From an uncultured Gemmatimonadales bacterium (GTDB lineage Bacteria; Gemmatimonadota; Gemmatimonadetes; Longimicrobiales; RSA9), in assembly GCA_963741945.1 (NCBI GenBank), contig CAVUKA010000001.1:1088001-1152000 (forward strand): a DNA stretch of 64,000 nucleotides, read 5' to 3'. Positions within the stretch are counted from its first letter, which is position 1. Each line of letters opens with the position of its first letter. Positions 1-10,176 of this stretch are shown in pieces. The notes under the pieces are model-generated. The model was not told the DNA's origin. It did not search any database and was given only the letters and a program-made list of their open reading frames with translations. A program made the translations under genes and the position numbers.

Positions 1-2
1 AT

Positions 3-758
3 CCCGACCGCGAGTTCGTGAGCCAGGGCGTGGCGAATCTCGCGTCGGCCGTGAGCGGCGGATTCCCGGTGGGCGGCTCCTTCTCCCGCAGTGGGCTCGC
101 CCACCTGGGCGGGGCGCGGACGCGCTGGAGCGGCGCCATAACGGGGCTGACCGTGCTGGCGTTCCTCCCCTTCGCCTCGATCCTGGCCCCACTGCCCGTG
201 GCGGTACTCGGTGCGCTCGTGATCGCCGCCGTCTCGGGGCTGATCCGAATCCAGCCCCTGACGTGCCTCTGGCGCATTTCGCGCCCCCAGTTCGCAGTGG
301 CCGCCACCACGTTCGTCCTGACGCTCGTTCTCGCGCCCCACATCGAGCAGGCAGTGATTCTCGGCATCCTGGCGGCCGGCGCCGTTCACCTCTGGCGCGA
401 GCTGCACCTGGGGCTGGACGCATGGGCGGATGATGACGAAACCCTCAACCTCCGGCCCCATGGCGTGCTCTGGTTCGGCTCGGCGGAAGTGCTGAAGGCG
501 TCGATCGGCGACATGGTGGCCGATCACCCGAAAGCGCGCCGCGTCCGCCTGCACATGGAGCACCTCGGACGGGTGGATATCACGGCCGCCCTCGTCCTCA
601 ACGAGAGCCTGGCCACACTGCGGAGCGGCGGCCTGGACGTGGACGTCACGGGGATTCACCCCGAGACCGCGCGGGCGCTGCGCGCGGTGGTGGGGCCGGA
701 TGGCGAGCCCCCGCCCATGGCGTGCGACGAGTCCGCCGCGCCCGCGACGCGAAAGTAG
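3..758 (+). CDS. SulP/SLC26 family anion transporter, C-terminal part with STAS domain (5' truncated by window edge)
   Basis: Frame is open from the window start (PDREFVSQG ANL ... GGSFSRS SulP signature). Hydrophobic helices are followed by STAS-like 'LRPHGVLWFGSAE...LHMEHLGRVDITA'. Confidence 0.85.
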   Translation, partial: PDREFVSQGVANLASAVSGGFPVGGSFSRSGLAHLGGARTRWSGAITGLTVLAFLPFASILAPLPVAVLGALVIAAVSGLIRIQPLTCLWRISRPQFAVAATTFVLTLVLAPHIEQAVILGILAAGAVHLWRELHLGLDAWADDDETLNLRPHGVLWFGSAEVLKASIGDMVADHPKARRVRLHMEHLGRVDITAALVLNESLATLRSGGLDVDVTGIHPETARALRAVVGPDGEPPPMACDESAAPATRK

Positions 759-792
759 GCGGCATCCAGGCCGCGCGAGCGGCGGGCGGCTG

Positions 793-2214
793 TCAGCGGC
801 CGGTGGCTGCGGTGGCGGGCGGGTGGGTGTCCGCGCCAGGCTGCTCCATTGCATGCACCTGCCGTCTGGCCCGTCGCAGCTCGCGCTCCTTCCACCAGTC
901 CTCGAGCCTGAGATAGCTGCGGAGCGTGTGCCCGAGCAGGCTGCGCAGCGGCTCCGGCGGCCACGGGAGCACCCTGCGATTGACGAAGGGGGACCGGGTC
1001 AGGTCGGTCTTCTGCCCCAGCACCAGGTCACGGAGCGCCTGTGCGTTCAGGTGGGTCATGGCCACGCCGTGGCCGATGCACCCGACGCTGTAGGCCGCGC
1101 GCTCGTCGCCGAGGTATCCGATGGCCGGATTCAGATCGAGCGTGACGGAGAACGGCCCGCCCCACTGGTGCGTGAAGCGGATGTCGCGCAGGTGAGGGAA
1201 CGTGACGCGGAGGTGCTCCTGCTGGTCGCGCCACGCCACTTCGCTCCGGTCGCCGTCGAGGTCGTTCGCCCAGGTGAATCCCACGGGGCCCGCGCCAATG
1301 GCGATCCGGTTGTCCGTAGTCAGCCGGAAAAAGTGAATCAGGTTCCGGGCGTCCTCGACGCCCTCCCGCCCCGTCCACCCGATTGGCTCCAGCTGCTCCG
1401 GCGTGAGCGGCTCTGTGCACTGCATGTGCGTGAACGCCGGAACCTGCTTCCGGCGGGTGGGCGCGAGAAGGTGGGCGTACGCATTGGTGGCGAACACCAC
1501 CTTCTCCGCCGTCACCGTGGCGCCGGGGACCTCCAGCGAGAAGTGCCGGCCGCGGCGGATGCGGGTGACCGGCGTGTTCTCGAACACCTGCGCGCCCACG
1601 CGCTGCGCCAGCTCCTTTTCCGCCCGGACCAGCTTGAGCGGGTGGATCAGGAGCATGCGGGGCTCCCAGAGCGCGCCCAGATGGATGGGTGAGTTGACGC
1701 GGTCGCGCGTCTCCCGTTCGTCGAGGAAGTAGATGTCGTCGAAGCCGAGCGAGTTCATGAGGTCGACCTCGCCCCTCAGCTTCTTCAGGTAGCTCGGGGT
1801 GGTGGCCACGCGAAGGAACCCTGGCCGCGTCCGCTCGCAGTCGAGCCCCTCCCGCTGGATCAGGTCGTCCAGCGCCTCCACCGCCTGCACCATGTACCGG
1901 TGCGCTCGCCGCAGATAGTCCTTCCCCTTGAGCAATGCCGTAGCCGAGAAGCCGAGCCCGACCACCGTCATGGCGAAGGAGCCATTGCGACCACTGGAGC
2001 CGAACCCGATCTCCCGCGCCTCCAGCACCGCCACCGACAGCCCCGGGTCCGCCCGCCTCAGCTCGTACGCCGTGGTCAGCCCCGTGAACCCGCCGCCGAT
2101 GACGGCCACGTCAACAGCCAGGTCTTCAGTGAGCGGCGCTCCGGGCGTATAGGATCCGTACGTCTCGCGCCACAGCGAGTGCGGCGCCTCTGGAAGAGGC
2201 AGCGGCAACGACAT
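793..2214 (-). CDS. FAD-dependent oxidoreductase (DAO / PuuB gamma-glutamylputrescine oxidase-like)
   Basis: [12 protein letters not shown] Rossmann motif, [29 protein letters not shown] at 2214 follows a GGAGAG RBS. Confidence 0.85.
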   Translation of the reverse strand: MSLPLPLPEAPHSLWRETYGSYTPGAPLTEDLAVDVAVIGGGFTGLTTAYELRRADPGLSVAVLEAREIGFGSSGRNGSFAMTVVGLGFSATALLKGKDYLRRAHRYMVQAVEALDDLIQREGLDCERTRPGFLRVATTPSYLKKLRGEVDLMNSLGFDDIYFLDERETRDRVNSPIHLGALWEPRMLLIHPLKLVRAEKELAQRVGAQVFENTPVTRIRRGRHFSLEVPGATVTAEKVVFATNAYAHLLAPTRRKQVPAFTHMQCTEPLTPEQLEPIGWTGREGVEDARNLIHFFRLTTDNRIAIGAGPVGFTWANDLDGDRSEVAWRDQQEHLRVTFPHLRDIRFTHQWGGPFSVTLDLNPAIGYLGDERAAYSVGCIGHGVAMTHLNAQALRDLVLGQKTDLTRSPFVNRRVLPWPPEPLRSLLGHTLRSYLRLEDWWKERELRRARRQVHAMEQPGADTHPPATAATGR

Positions 2215-2364
2215 TGGGGGGCTCTCCGTTCGGGGTTGTGAGAACGTCGGGCGGTGTCTTGGGGGCTCGGCGGTATGATGGCACCGGCCGCCGCGCCTCA
2301 CAAGCGGCGGCGAACGTCTCGCGCCGCGCGGCACCGCCCGTCCACTATCGGCGGCGGAGACGGC

Positions 2365-3579
2365 TCAGGAGCGGAGCCTCAGCCAGGCCAGGACCACCGC
2401 CACCGCCAGGATCACCAGCAGCCCGGTCAGCTGCAGCGCCCGAAGCCCACGCGGCCGCTCGTCGGAGAGCGACCGCGTGCGCTCGATCCGCCCGGCGCTG
2501 AGGTCGAAGAACCACCCGAGCACCAGAGCGACGGGAAGCCCCGCCAGCGTCGCGGTCACGATCACTTCGGCCGTCCACGGCGGGACATTGAACGGGAGCG
2601 CGGGAAGCGCGGCATCCACCAGCGACAGCACGATGAGTGTGAACGCGCCGTACCCGGCGCCCACCTTGTAGACGTGCCGCCGCTTCAGCTCCGCCAGGAA
2701 GCTCCCGATGGCGCCCTGGGGCGGCGCCGCGGCGCCGCCGGTGAGGCGCGCCCGCAGCAGCCCTGCCGAGGGTCGCTGCTCCGGTCGCTTCTGGAGGCAG
2801 CGGAGGAGGATGTCCTCCATCTCCGGGCCGATGTCCGCCCGCAGGGCCCGCAGACGGGCGGGCTCCTCCGCGAGGTGCGCCCGGATCTGGTCGGCCACCC
2901 GCGTCGCCCCGGGATACGGCCCGTTTCCGGTCAGGAGCTCATACGCGCTCACTGCCAGGGAGTAGATGTCGGAACCGGGCTGGATCGCGTCGCCCTTCAG
3001 CTGCTCGGGCGGGGCGTAGCCGACCTGCCCCAGGATCTGGCCCGCGCCCGTCAGCCGCGTGGCCGCTTCCCCGCCCGTCTCCAGGACCCCCGCGACGCCG
3101 AAGTCCGCCAGGACGATGCGGCCGCCATCGCGGGTGCGCATGATGTTGCCCGGCCGGACGTCGCGATGGATGATCCCGAGCGCATGAGCGGCTTCCAGCG
3201 CGCCACACACCTCCGTCAGCACCTCGCGGACCTCATCCTCGCTCAGCCTGCCGCCGGCCGCCAGGATGTCCGCGTACGTGCGCCCGTCGATGTACTCCAT
3301 CACCAGGTAGGGCCGTCCGTCCGACAGCTCGCCCACCCGATAGACGGAGACGACGGCGGGGTGGTGGATCTTGGCAGCCAGCCGCGCTTCGCGGACGAAG
3401 CGCTGGCGCGCCGTATCGTCCGCCGCCAGCGACCTGCGGAGCACCTTCACGGCCACCGGGCGGTCGAGCGCCCGCTCGCGGCCCAGGAACACCTTTGCGA
3501 ACGCCCCCTCTCCGAGCGGGCGCACCACGTCGAAGTCCGTGCCGAGGTCTTCCCGGAGCGTTTCAATGGCGGGTGTCAT
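2365..3579 (-). CDS. Hanks-type Ser/Thr protein kinase with C-terminal membrane module
   Basis: LGEGAFAKV, VAVK, HRDVRPGN, LADFGVA, YAPPE, DIYSL motifs. The C-terminus 'FLAELKRRHVYK...LPVALVLGWFFDL' has about 3 hydrophobic helices. ATG at 3579 chosen; the upstream part of the ORF track is antisense to the next kinase. Confidence 0.85.
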   Translation of the reverse strand: MTPAIETLREDLGTDFDVVRPLGEGAFAKVFLGRERALDRPVAVKVLRRSLAADDTARQRFVREARLAAKIHHPAVVSVYRVGELSDGRPYLVMEYIDGRTYADILAAGGRLSEDEVREVLTEVCGALEAAHALGIIHRDVRPGNIMRTRDGGRIVLADFGVAGVLETGGEAATRLTGAGQILGQVGYAPPEQLKGDAIQPGSDIYSLAVSAYELLTGNGPYPGATRVADQIRAHLAEEPARLRALRADIGPEMEDILLRCLQKRPEQRPSAGLLRARLTGGAAAPPQGAIGSFLAELKRRHVYKVGAGYGAFTLIVLSLVDAALPALPFNVPPWTAEVIVTATLAGLPVALVLGWFFDLSAGRIERTRSLSDERPRGLRALQLTGLLVILAVAVVLAWLRLRS

Positions 3580-3795
3580 GCAGGGCAAGATGCACTGCCG
3601 GCCTCTGGACTGCCACGATCCCGTGTCCCGCGACCCCGCGCGACCCAGATCCCGGCGTTTGCCGGCGCACGGCGCCCGCCCGCTCCGCGATCCACCCCGC
3701 CCGCGCGGCGCAACGACATGGTTGGAAATGAACGGCGGGCACTGTATCCTGGGGTCGGATAGCCAGCCCCTGTCTCTCCGTCGGAGCCCCTCAAC

Positions 3796-6532
3796 GTGAT
3801 CGACGTTCTCAACCGCGCCCTCGCGCCGCGGTACCGCATCGAGCAGGAGCTCGGTGAGGGCGGCATGGCCAATGTGTACCTGGCCGAGGACCTGAAGCAC
3901 GACCGCCGGGTCGCCCTCAAGGTGCTGAAGCCGGAGCTCGCCGCCGTGGTGGGCGCCGACCGGTTCCTGGCCGAGATCAGGACCACGGCCAACCTCCAGC
4001 ACCCCCACATCCTTCCGCTCTTCGATTCCGGCAGCGCGGACTCTTTCCTCTTCTACGTGATGCCGTTCGTGGATGGAGAGAGCCTGCGCGAGAAGCTGGA
4101 CCGGGAGAAGCAGCTCTCCGTGGACGAGGCCGTGGACATCGCCCGCAAAGTGGCCGCGGCGCTCCATTACGCCCACGAGCAGGGCGTGGTGCACCGGGAC
4201 GTGAAGCCCGACAACATCCTGATTTCACGAGGCGAGCCGCTGGTGGCGGACTTCGGCATCGCCCTGGCGCTGGCGGAGGCGGGTGGCGGCCGGATCACGG
4301 AGACCGGGCTCAGCCTGGGCACACCGCACTACATGAGCCCGGAGCAGGCATCGGGAGAGCAGGGGCTGGACAAGCGCAGCGATGTCTACGCGCTGGCATG
4401 CGTGCTCTACGAGATGCTCACGGGAGAGCCGCCGTTCGGCGGCCCCACCGCCCAGGCCGTGCTGGCTCGCATCCTCACTGGCGAAGCCCGCCGCGTCTCC
4501 GATACGCGACGGACCGTCCCGCCCCACGTCGACGCCGCCGTGGCCCGAGCTCTGGAGAAGCTCCCGGCCGACCGCTTCCCCTCCGCCGACGCGTTCGGCC
4601 GCGCGCTCGCCGACCCTTCATTCCGGCACGCTTCCGCGGAGCCGGCCGCGACGATCGGAAGCGGGCGGGGGCGCCGGCTCCTCGCCCGACCCGTCACCCT
4701 GGCGGCTTTCGCGGGGGCCCTGGCCATCGGCGTCCTCGTGGGTTTCGGCCTGCGCGCGCCCGCGAGCGGCGCGGACCGGTTCATCGCTTCCATCCAGTTC
4801 CCGGACGACCAGCGTCTGCTCGACGCGCCGGGCGGGTCTCCCATCGCGCTCTCGCCGGACGGCTCCACGCTGGTGTACATGGGACCCGGCGCGGGACAGG
4901 GGTGGCAGCTGTGGGCGCGACGGGCGAACGCGCTGCGGGCAACGCCGGTGCCGGGGAGCCAGAACGCCCTCACGCCCGTCTTCTCCCCGGACGGCTCGGC
5001 CGTGGCCTTCATCGACGGTACGGACCTGAAGGTCGTCGACCTCCGGGTCGGGACGCCCCGGACGCTGGATGACGACGCCTACCTCGTCGCGGACTGGACC
5101 GCGGACGGCTACCTGTACTACCTCGCCGCCGCATCCAACACCTGGTATCGGGTCCGGGCCGCGGGCGGGGAGCCGGACACGGTCCCGGGGCTGAGCCCCA
5201 ACGATGCGCCCCAGGGGGTGGGGACGCCGCCCGCCTTCACGTTCGGCGACGTCCTGCCCGACGGCAGGCACGGCGTGTGGACCCGGGTCCTGATCAACGC
5301 GAACCGGGCGCAGCAGTCCATCGCCGTGGTGGACCTGGAGACCGGCGAGCAGCGGGAGATCGCGCGCGGCGCCTCGCCCCGGTATCTGCGCAGCGGTCAG
5401 CTGGTCTGGATCTCGCCAGAGGGCGTGCTCCAGGCAGCGTCCTTCGAATGCCGGGGCGGGCAAGCTCACAGGTCCGCCAATCCCCATCGCCGAAGGCGTG
5501 GGCAGCGACGGCCAGGGCGGCGCCCATGCCGCCGTCTCCGAGTCCGGCGACGTGGTCTACGTCCTCGGCGCCGCGGGAGGCGCGGGCATGAAGCTCGAGT
5601 GGGTGGACCGCGGCGGCGACACCACGCTGGTGGACCCGGACTGGAAGATCCAGCCCGTGGCGGCCGGCAACTGGAACGGCGCCGCGCTGTCGCCCGACGG
5701 CTCCAGGATCGCGGTCACCGACGGGTCGGTGGGCGGGAGCCAGCTGTGGGTCCGCAGCGCGGCCGGGGACGCGCCGCCGTCACGGATCACGTTCTCCGGC
5801 AGCTTCCACGTTCGCCCCCGCTGGACCGGCGATGGGCAGGCCGTAACGTTCATCTCGGACCTGGGCGGCGAGGGCAAGCCGACGCAGGTCTGGACGAAGG
5901 CCGCCGATGGCAGCGGCGCCCCGCGCCCCCTCGCGGCCGACACCATCGAGATCGAGGAGGCCGTCGTCTCACCGGACGGCCAGTGGCTCGTCTACCGCCG
6001 CGGCGGGACCCGGGTCGGGCGCGACATCTACGCCCGCCGCCTCGACGCCGCCGCGGACTCGGCAGGCCACCCGCTGGTCGCAACGGATGCGGACGAGAAG
6101 TCGCCGCAACTCTCCCCCGACGGCCGCTGGCTCGCCTACACGTCGGACGAGAGCGGGCAGCTCGAGGTCTTCGTGCGCCCCTTCCCCAACGTGGCCGACG
6201 GCAAGTGGCAGGTCTCGGTGGGCGGCGGCTTCAGCCCGCTCTGGGCGCACAATGGCAGGGAGCTGTTCTACATCGGCAGCCGGGACGGCGCGCACATGAT
6301 GGCCGCGCGCGTGGAAGCCCGCGGCGGCTCGCTGGCGGTGGTGTCCCGTCAGCCCCTGTTCGCCATCGGCGACCAGTACGTCGACCAGAACTACACGGCG
6401 TTCGACATCACCCCGGACGACCAGCGCTTCCTCATGTTCTCCTTCGGCAGCAGCGGCGGCGGGACCATGGTCTGGGAGCGGAACTGGCTGGACGAGTGGC
6501 GGCGTCGGGCGGCGGGAGCGAGCGGGACATGA
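3796..6532 (+). CDS. Ser/Thr kinase - TM - TolB/PD40-like beta-propeller protein (paralogue A), +1 frameshift at ~5447-5448
   Basis: Kinase motifs LGEGGMA, HRDVKPDN, DFGIA, GTPHYMSPE, then a TM helix and SPDG repeats. Removing one A from ttcgaatgcc (5443-5452) gives SFDAGAGKLTGPPIPIAEG, which joins the 5498..6532 ORF and matches paralogue B 'PFDLERLEISGPAVPVAEG'. Confidence 0.85.
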
Positions 6533-9219
6533 GCGACATCGTCGCCCGGCTGAACGCGGCGCTGGAAGGCCGCTACCGGATCGACCGCCAGCTCGGGGAG
6601 GGCGGGATGGCCACGGTCTTCCTGGCCCACGACGTCAAGCACGACCGGCAGGTGGCGATCAAGGTGCTGAGGCCGGAGCTGGCCGCGGTGGTGGGCGCCG
6701 ACCGCTTCCTGTCGGAGATCCGCACCACCGCCAACCTGGAAGACCCGCACATCCTCCCGCTCTACGACTCGGGGGAGGCGGACTCCTTCCTCTTCTATGT
6801 CATGCCCTACGTCGAGGGCGACTCGCTCCGGGACCGGCTGCGCAGGGAGCACCAGCTCCCGGTCGAGGAGGCGGTGGACATCGCCCGGAACGTGGCCGGC
6901 GCCCTCGCCTTCGCCCACCAGAAAGGGATCGTCCACCGTGACATCAAGCCGGCCAACATCCTGCTCCGGCGAGGCGAGCCGCTGGTGGCGGACTTCGGCA
7001 TCGCGCTGGCGCTGTCGGAAGCGGGCGACGGTCGGTTGACGGAGACCGGGCTGAGTCTGGGCACCCCGCACTACATGAGCCCGGAGCAGGCGTCGGGGGA
7101 ACGGTCGCTGGACCCGCGCAGCGATGTCTACGCCCTCGGCTGCGTGCTCTACGAGATGCTGACGGGCGAGCCGCCGCACGCCGGCCCAACGGCGCAGGCG
7201 GTGCTGGCCAAGATCCTCACCGAGGAGCCGCGGCGGGCGCGCGCGGTGCGGCGGGCCGTCCCCGAGAACGTGGACGCGGCGCTGGCCAAGGCGCTGGAGA
7301 AGCTGCCGGCGGACCGGATGCCGTCGCCGCGCGCCTTCGCCGAGGCGCTGGACGACCCGGGCTTCCGCCACGGGGACCGCACAGCCGGGACCGGGCGGCC
7401 CGCCGAGGGGAGGACGGGGAACACCCGACCGTGGCAGCTGACCACGTTCGCGCTGGCGGCCGTGGTCGCGGTGCTCGCGGGCGTCATCGGGTTCCTCCGC
7501 CCGCAGCCCGTTCCGGAAGCGCCCGTCTTCCGGGCCGCGATCTCGCTGCCCCAGTCCCAGGGGATGGTCACCCCTCAGCTCGGCACTTCCTTCACGCTCG
7601 CACCGGACGGCAGCCGGCTGGTGTACGCGAGCCGATCGGCGGGCGCGCCGTGGCAGCTGTGGGTGCGTCCGGCCGACGCGCTGGACGCGACGCCCATCCC
7701 CGGCACGGAAGCGAGCTTCTCTCCTGCCTTCTCGCCCGACGGGGAGGAAGTGGCCTACGCGGACCCGTCCGGGCTGCTCAAGGTGGTGGACATTGACCGC
7801 GGCTCGAACCGGACGCTGGCCGACAGCGCGGTGCTCGTGGTGGACTGGGCTCCGGATGGGCGGATCTACTACATGCACGGCGTGAGCCTCGGCGACATCT
7901 GGCGCGTGTCGGCCGCGGGCGGCGACGCCGAGCCCGCCCCCGTCGTTTCCGGGGCACCGGGCCCGACGCCGCTCTGGGGTCCCGGCGACGTGCTCCCCGG
8001 CGGCGAGGCCATGGTGATCACCCGCTTCCCGGCCGGCAACGCGGGCCCCGGCGGCGCCACGCTGGCGGTGGTGGACTTCACCACCGGAAAGGTGAAGGAC
8101 CTCGGCCAGGGCACCGACCCGCGCTACCTCGCGGGCCACCTGCTCTGGGGCACCCGTGAAGGAACGCTGCTGCGGGCGCCGTTCGACCTCGAGCGGCTGG
8201 AGATCTCGGGCCCGGCGGTGCCGGTCGCGGAGGGGATCCTCCTGGACGCGACGGCCGTCATGCACTACGGCGTCTCCGAGACCGGCTCCCTGGTGTACCG
8301 CACCGGCGCTTCGGCCGGCGGCGTCGGCGGATTGATGTGGGTCGACCGCGAAGGGAATCGGGAGCGGGCGTCGGACCTCGAGGTGGGCCTCACCATCGGC
8401 CTGTGGGACTCGCTGGACCTGTCGCCCGACGGGACCACCGTCGCCCTGAGCCGGGCCGACGGGCTCAACTCCCACATCTGGATCCAGCGGCTCGACCGCG
8501 ACGCCCCGCCCAGCCGCGTCACATTCGGCGGCACGTTCAACGTGCGGCCCCGGTGGGCCGACGGCGGCCGCTCCCTGACCTTCGTCAGCAACCTCGCCGG
8601 GCAGGGCGCTCCCACGCAGATCTGGAAGAAGTCCGCCGCGGGATCCGGTGCCCCCCAGCCCGTGGTTGTGGCCGACCGGGAGGTGGAGGAGGGCTTCATG
8701 TCGCCGGACGGAAAATGGTACGTCTATCGCGTGGGCGGGACGACCTCCAACCGGGACATCTACGCGAAACGGGTCGAGGGCGACAGCGCCGGCATCCCCC
8801 TCGTCGCCACATCGCAGAACGAGCGCTCGCCCGTCCTGTCTCCCGACAGCCGCTGGCTCGCGTACGTGTCCGACGAGGCGGGGCAGGACGAAGTCTTCGT
8901 CACCCCCTTCCCGAACGCCGCCGACGGGAAGTGGCAGGTGTCCGCGGGCGGTGGCCACTCGGCGGCCTGGAGCCCGGATGGCACCGAGCTGTTCTTCGTG
9001 GGCACGTCCAACGACATGATGGCCGCGAGCTATACGGTGTCCGGCGGCGCCTTCGTCGTCACAGGGATCAGGACGCTGTTCAACACCAACGGCATGCTCA
9101 TGGGGATCAACAACAAGTCCTACTCCATCAACCCAATGGACGGGCGCTTCCTGGTCATCTCGCTGGGCGACGCCGAGGCCCAGCTGGTCTGGGTCCAGAA
9201 CTGGGACCGGGACCTGTGA
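6529..9219 (+). CDS. Ser/Thr kinase - TM - TolB/PD40-like beta-propeller protein (paralogue B)
   Basis: ATG 6529 overlaps the upstream TGA (ATGA). MSDIVARLNAALEGRY, HRDIKPAN, DFGIA, GTPHYMSPE, a TM helix and repeated (F/L)SPDG blades. Confidence 0.9.
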   Translation: MSDIVARLNAALEGRYRIDRQLGEGGMATVFLAHDVKHDRQVAIKVLRPELAAVVGADRFLSEIRTTANLEDPHILPLYDSGEADSFLFYVMPYVEGDSLRDRLRREHQLPVEEAVDIARNVAGALAFAHQKGIVHRDIKPANILLRRGEPLVADFGIALALSEAGDGRLTETGLSLGTPHYMSPEQASGERSLDPRSDVYALGCVLYEMLTGEPPHAGPTAQAVLAKILTEEPRRARAVRRAVPENVDAALAKALEKLPADRMPSPRAFAEALDDPGFRHGDRTAGTGRPAEGRTGNTRPWQLTTFALAAVVAVLAGVIGFLRPQPVPEAPVFRAAISLPQSQGMVTPQLGTSFTLAPDGSRLVYASRSAGAPWQLWVRPADALDATPIPGTEASFSPAFSPDGEEVAYADPSGLLKVVDIDRGSNRTLADSAVLVVDWAPDGRIYYMHGVSLGDIWRVSAAGGDAEPAPVVSGAPGPTPLWGPGDVLPGGEAMVITRFPAGNAGPGGATLAVVDFTTGKVKDLGQGTDPRYLAGHLLWGTREGTLLRAPFDLERLEISGPAVPVAEGILLDATAVMHYGVSETGSLVYRTGASAGGVGGLMWVDREGNRERASDLEVGLTIGLWDSLDLSPDGTTVALSRADGLNSHIWIQRLDRDAPPSRVTFGGTFNVRPRWADGGRSLTFVSNLAGQGAPTQIWKKSAAGSGAPQPVVVADREVEEGFMSPDGKWYVYRVGGTTSNRDIYAKRVEGDSAGIPLVATSQNERSPVLSPDSRWLAYVSDEAGQDEVFVTPFPNAADGKWQVSAGGGHSAAWSPDGTELFFVGTSNDMMAASYTVSGGAFVVTGIRTLFNTNGMLMGINNKSYSINPMDGRFLVISLGDAEAQLVWVQNWDRDL

Positions 9220-9298
9220 CCGGGCGCGCACGCCCCGCGGCGGCGGCGAGATCCGCTACCGCCCTCTCCGTTCACACGCCCCCCGGGGGTAGCACGCC

Positions 9299-10165
9299 AT
9301 GAGCGATCCGGTGATCGGGCGGCAGAACCGCCCGCAGTTCCGCGACATCGACGCGTTCGGTCTCACCCACCCCGGCCTGGTACGGACAGAGAACCAGGAC
9401 CACTTCTTCGTGGGCGCGCTGGCGCGTGGCGTGACCGTCGACGCCAGCAGCATCGTGGGCGACCGCCGACGCATCCTGCACCCGGAGCGACTCGCTTCCC
9501 TCGCCATCGTCGCCGATGGCGTGGGCAGCACGGCGGGCGGGGGCGAAGCGGCGAGGACAGCCGTGAAGGACCTCCTCGCCTCCGTCTCCCGGTTCTTTCA
9601 CCACGCCGACCTGAAGGAGCGTGAGGACCCCGACGTCTTCTCACGCCTCCTCAGCGACGCAGCCCTCGGCTGCCACGACAGCCTGCTCGAGAAAGCCGAG
9701 AAGGAGGGGGACCGAAGACGCTACGCCACCACGCTCACGCTCTTCCTCGGCCTGTGGCCTCACGCCTACCTGCTCCAGGTGGGAGACTCGCGGGCGTACA
9801 TCTTCCAGGGAGGTGAGCTGACGCAGGTCAGCCGGGACCAGACCGTCGCGCAGGAGCTCGTCGACAGCGGCGCGCTCACCCGGACGGTGGCCGAGGGCAC
9901 GCGCTGGGCGAACGTCCTGTCCAGCGCCATCGGTGGCGCGGAAGCCGCGCCCGTGGTCACGCGGGTGACGCGCGAGTGGGGGAGCGTGGTGCTGCTCTGC
10001 AGCGACGGCCTGACCAAGCACGTGCCGGACGCCCGCCTCGCCGAGCGCCTCGCCACGATCCGGAGATCGCGCGACACGGCGGAGCAGCTGCTCCAGGATG
10101 CACTGGACGGCGGCGGGACCGACAACATCACGGTGGTGCTCGGGCGGACGGTAGGACCGGCCTAG
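9299..10165 (+). CDS. PP2C/PPM family Ser/Thr protein phosphatase (PrpC/Stp1-like)
   Basis: THPGLVRTENQD, VADGVG, VGDSRAY, LLCSDGL, GGTDNITV motifs. Confidence 0.9.
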   Translation: MSDPVIGRQNRPQFRDIDAFGLTHPGLVRTENQDHFFVGALARGVTVDASSIVGDRRRILHPERLASLAIVADGVGSTAGGGEAARTAVKDLLASVSRFFHHADLKEREDPDVFSRLLSDAALGCHDSLLEKAEKEGDRRRYATTLTLFLGLWPHAYLLQVGDSRAYIFQGGELTQVSRDQTVAQELVDSGALTRTVAEGTRWANVLSSAIGGAEAAPVVTRVTREWGSVVLLCSDGLTKHVPDARLAERLATIRRSRDTAEQLLQDALDGGGTDNITVVLGRTVGPA

Positions 10166-10176
10166 GGCCCGTCCTT

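Noticed and set aside
3796-9219. 1807-aa double-kinase giant protein from the ORF track
   Set aside because: Residues ~552-911 are Arg-rich off-frame text. The real propeller continues in ORF 5498..6532 and gene B has its own ATGA-coupled start.
6391-9231. 946-aa minus-strand ORF (and similar long shadows such as 57851..60787 and 19489..21750)
   Set aside because: In-register antisense frames of real genes; stop codons are rare because of GC3 bias.
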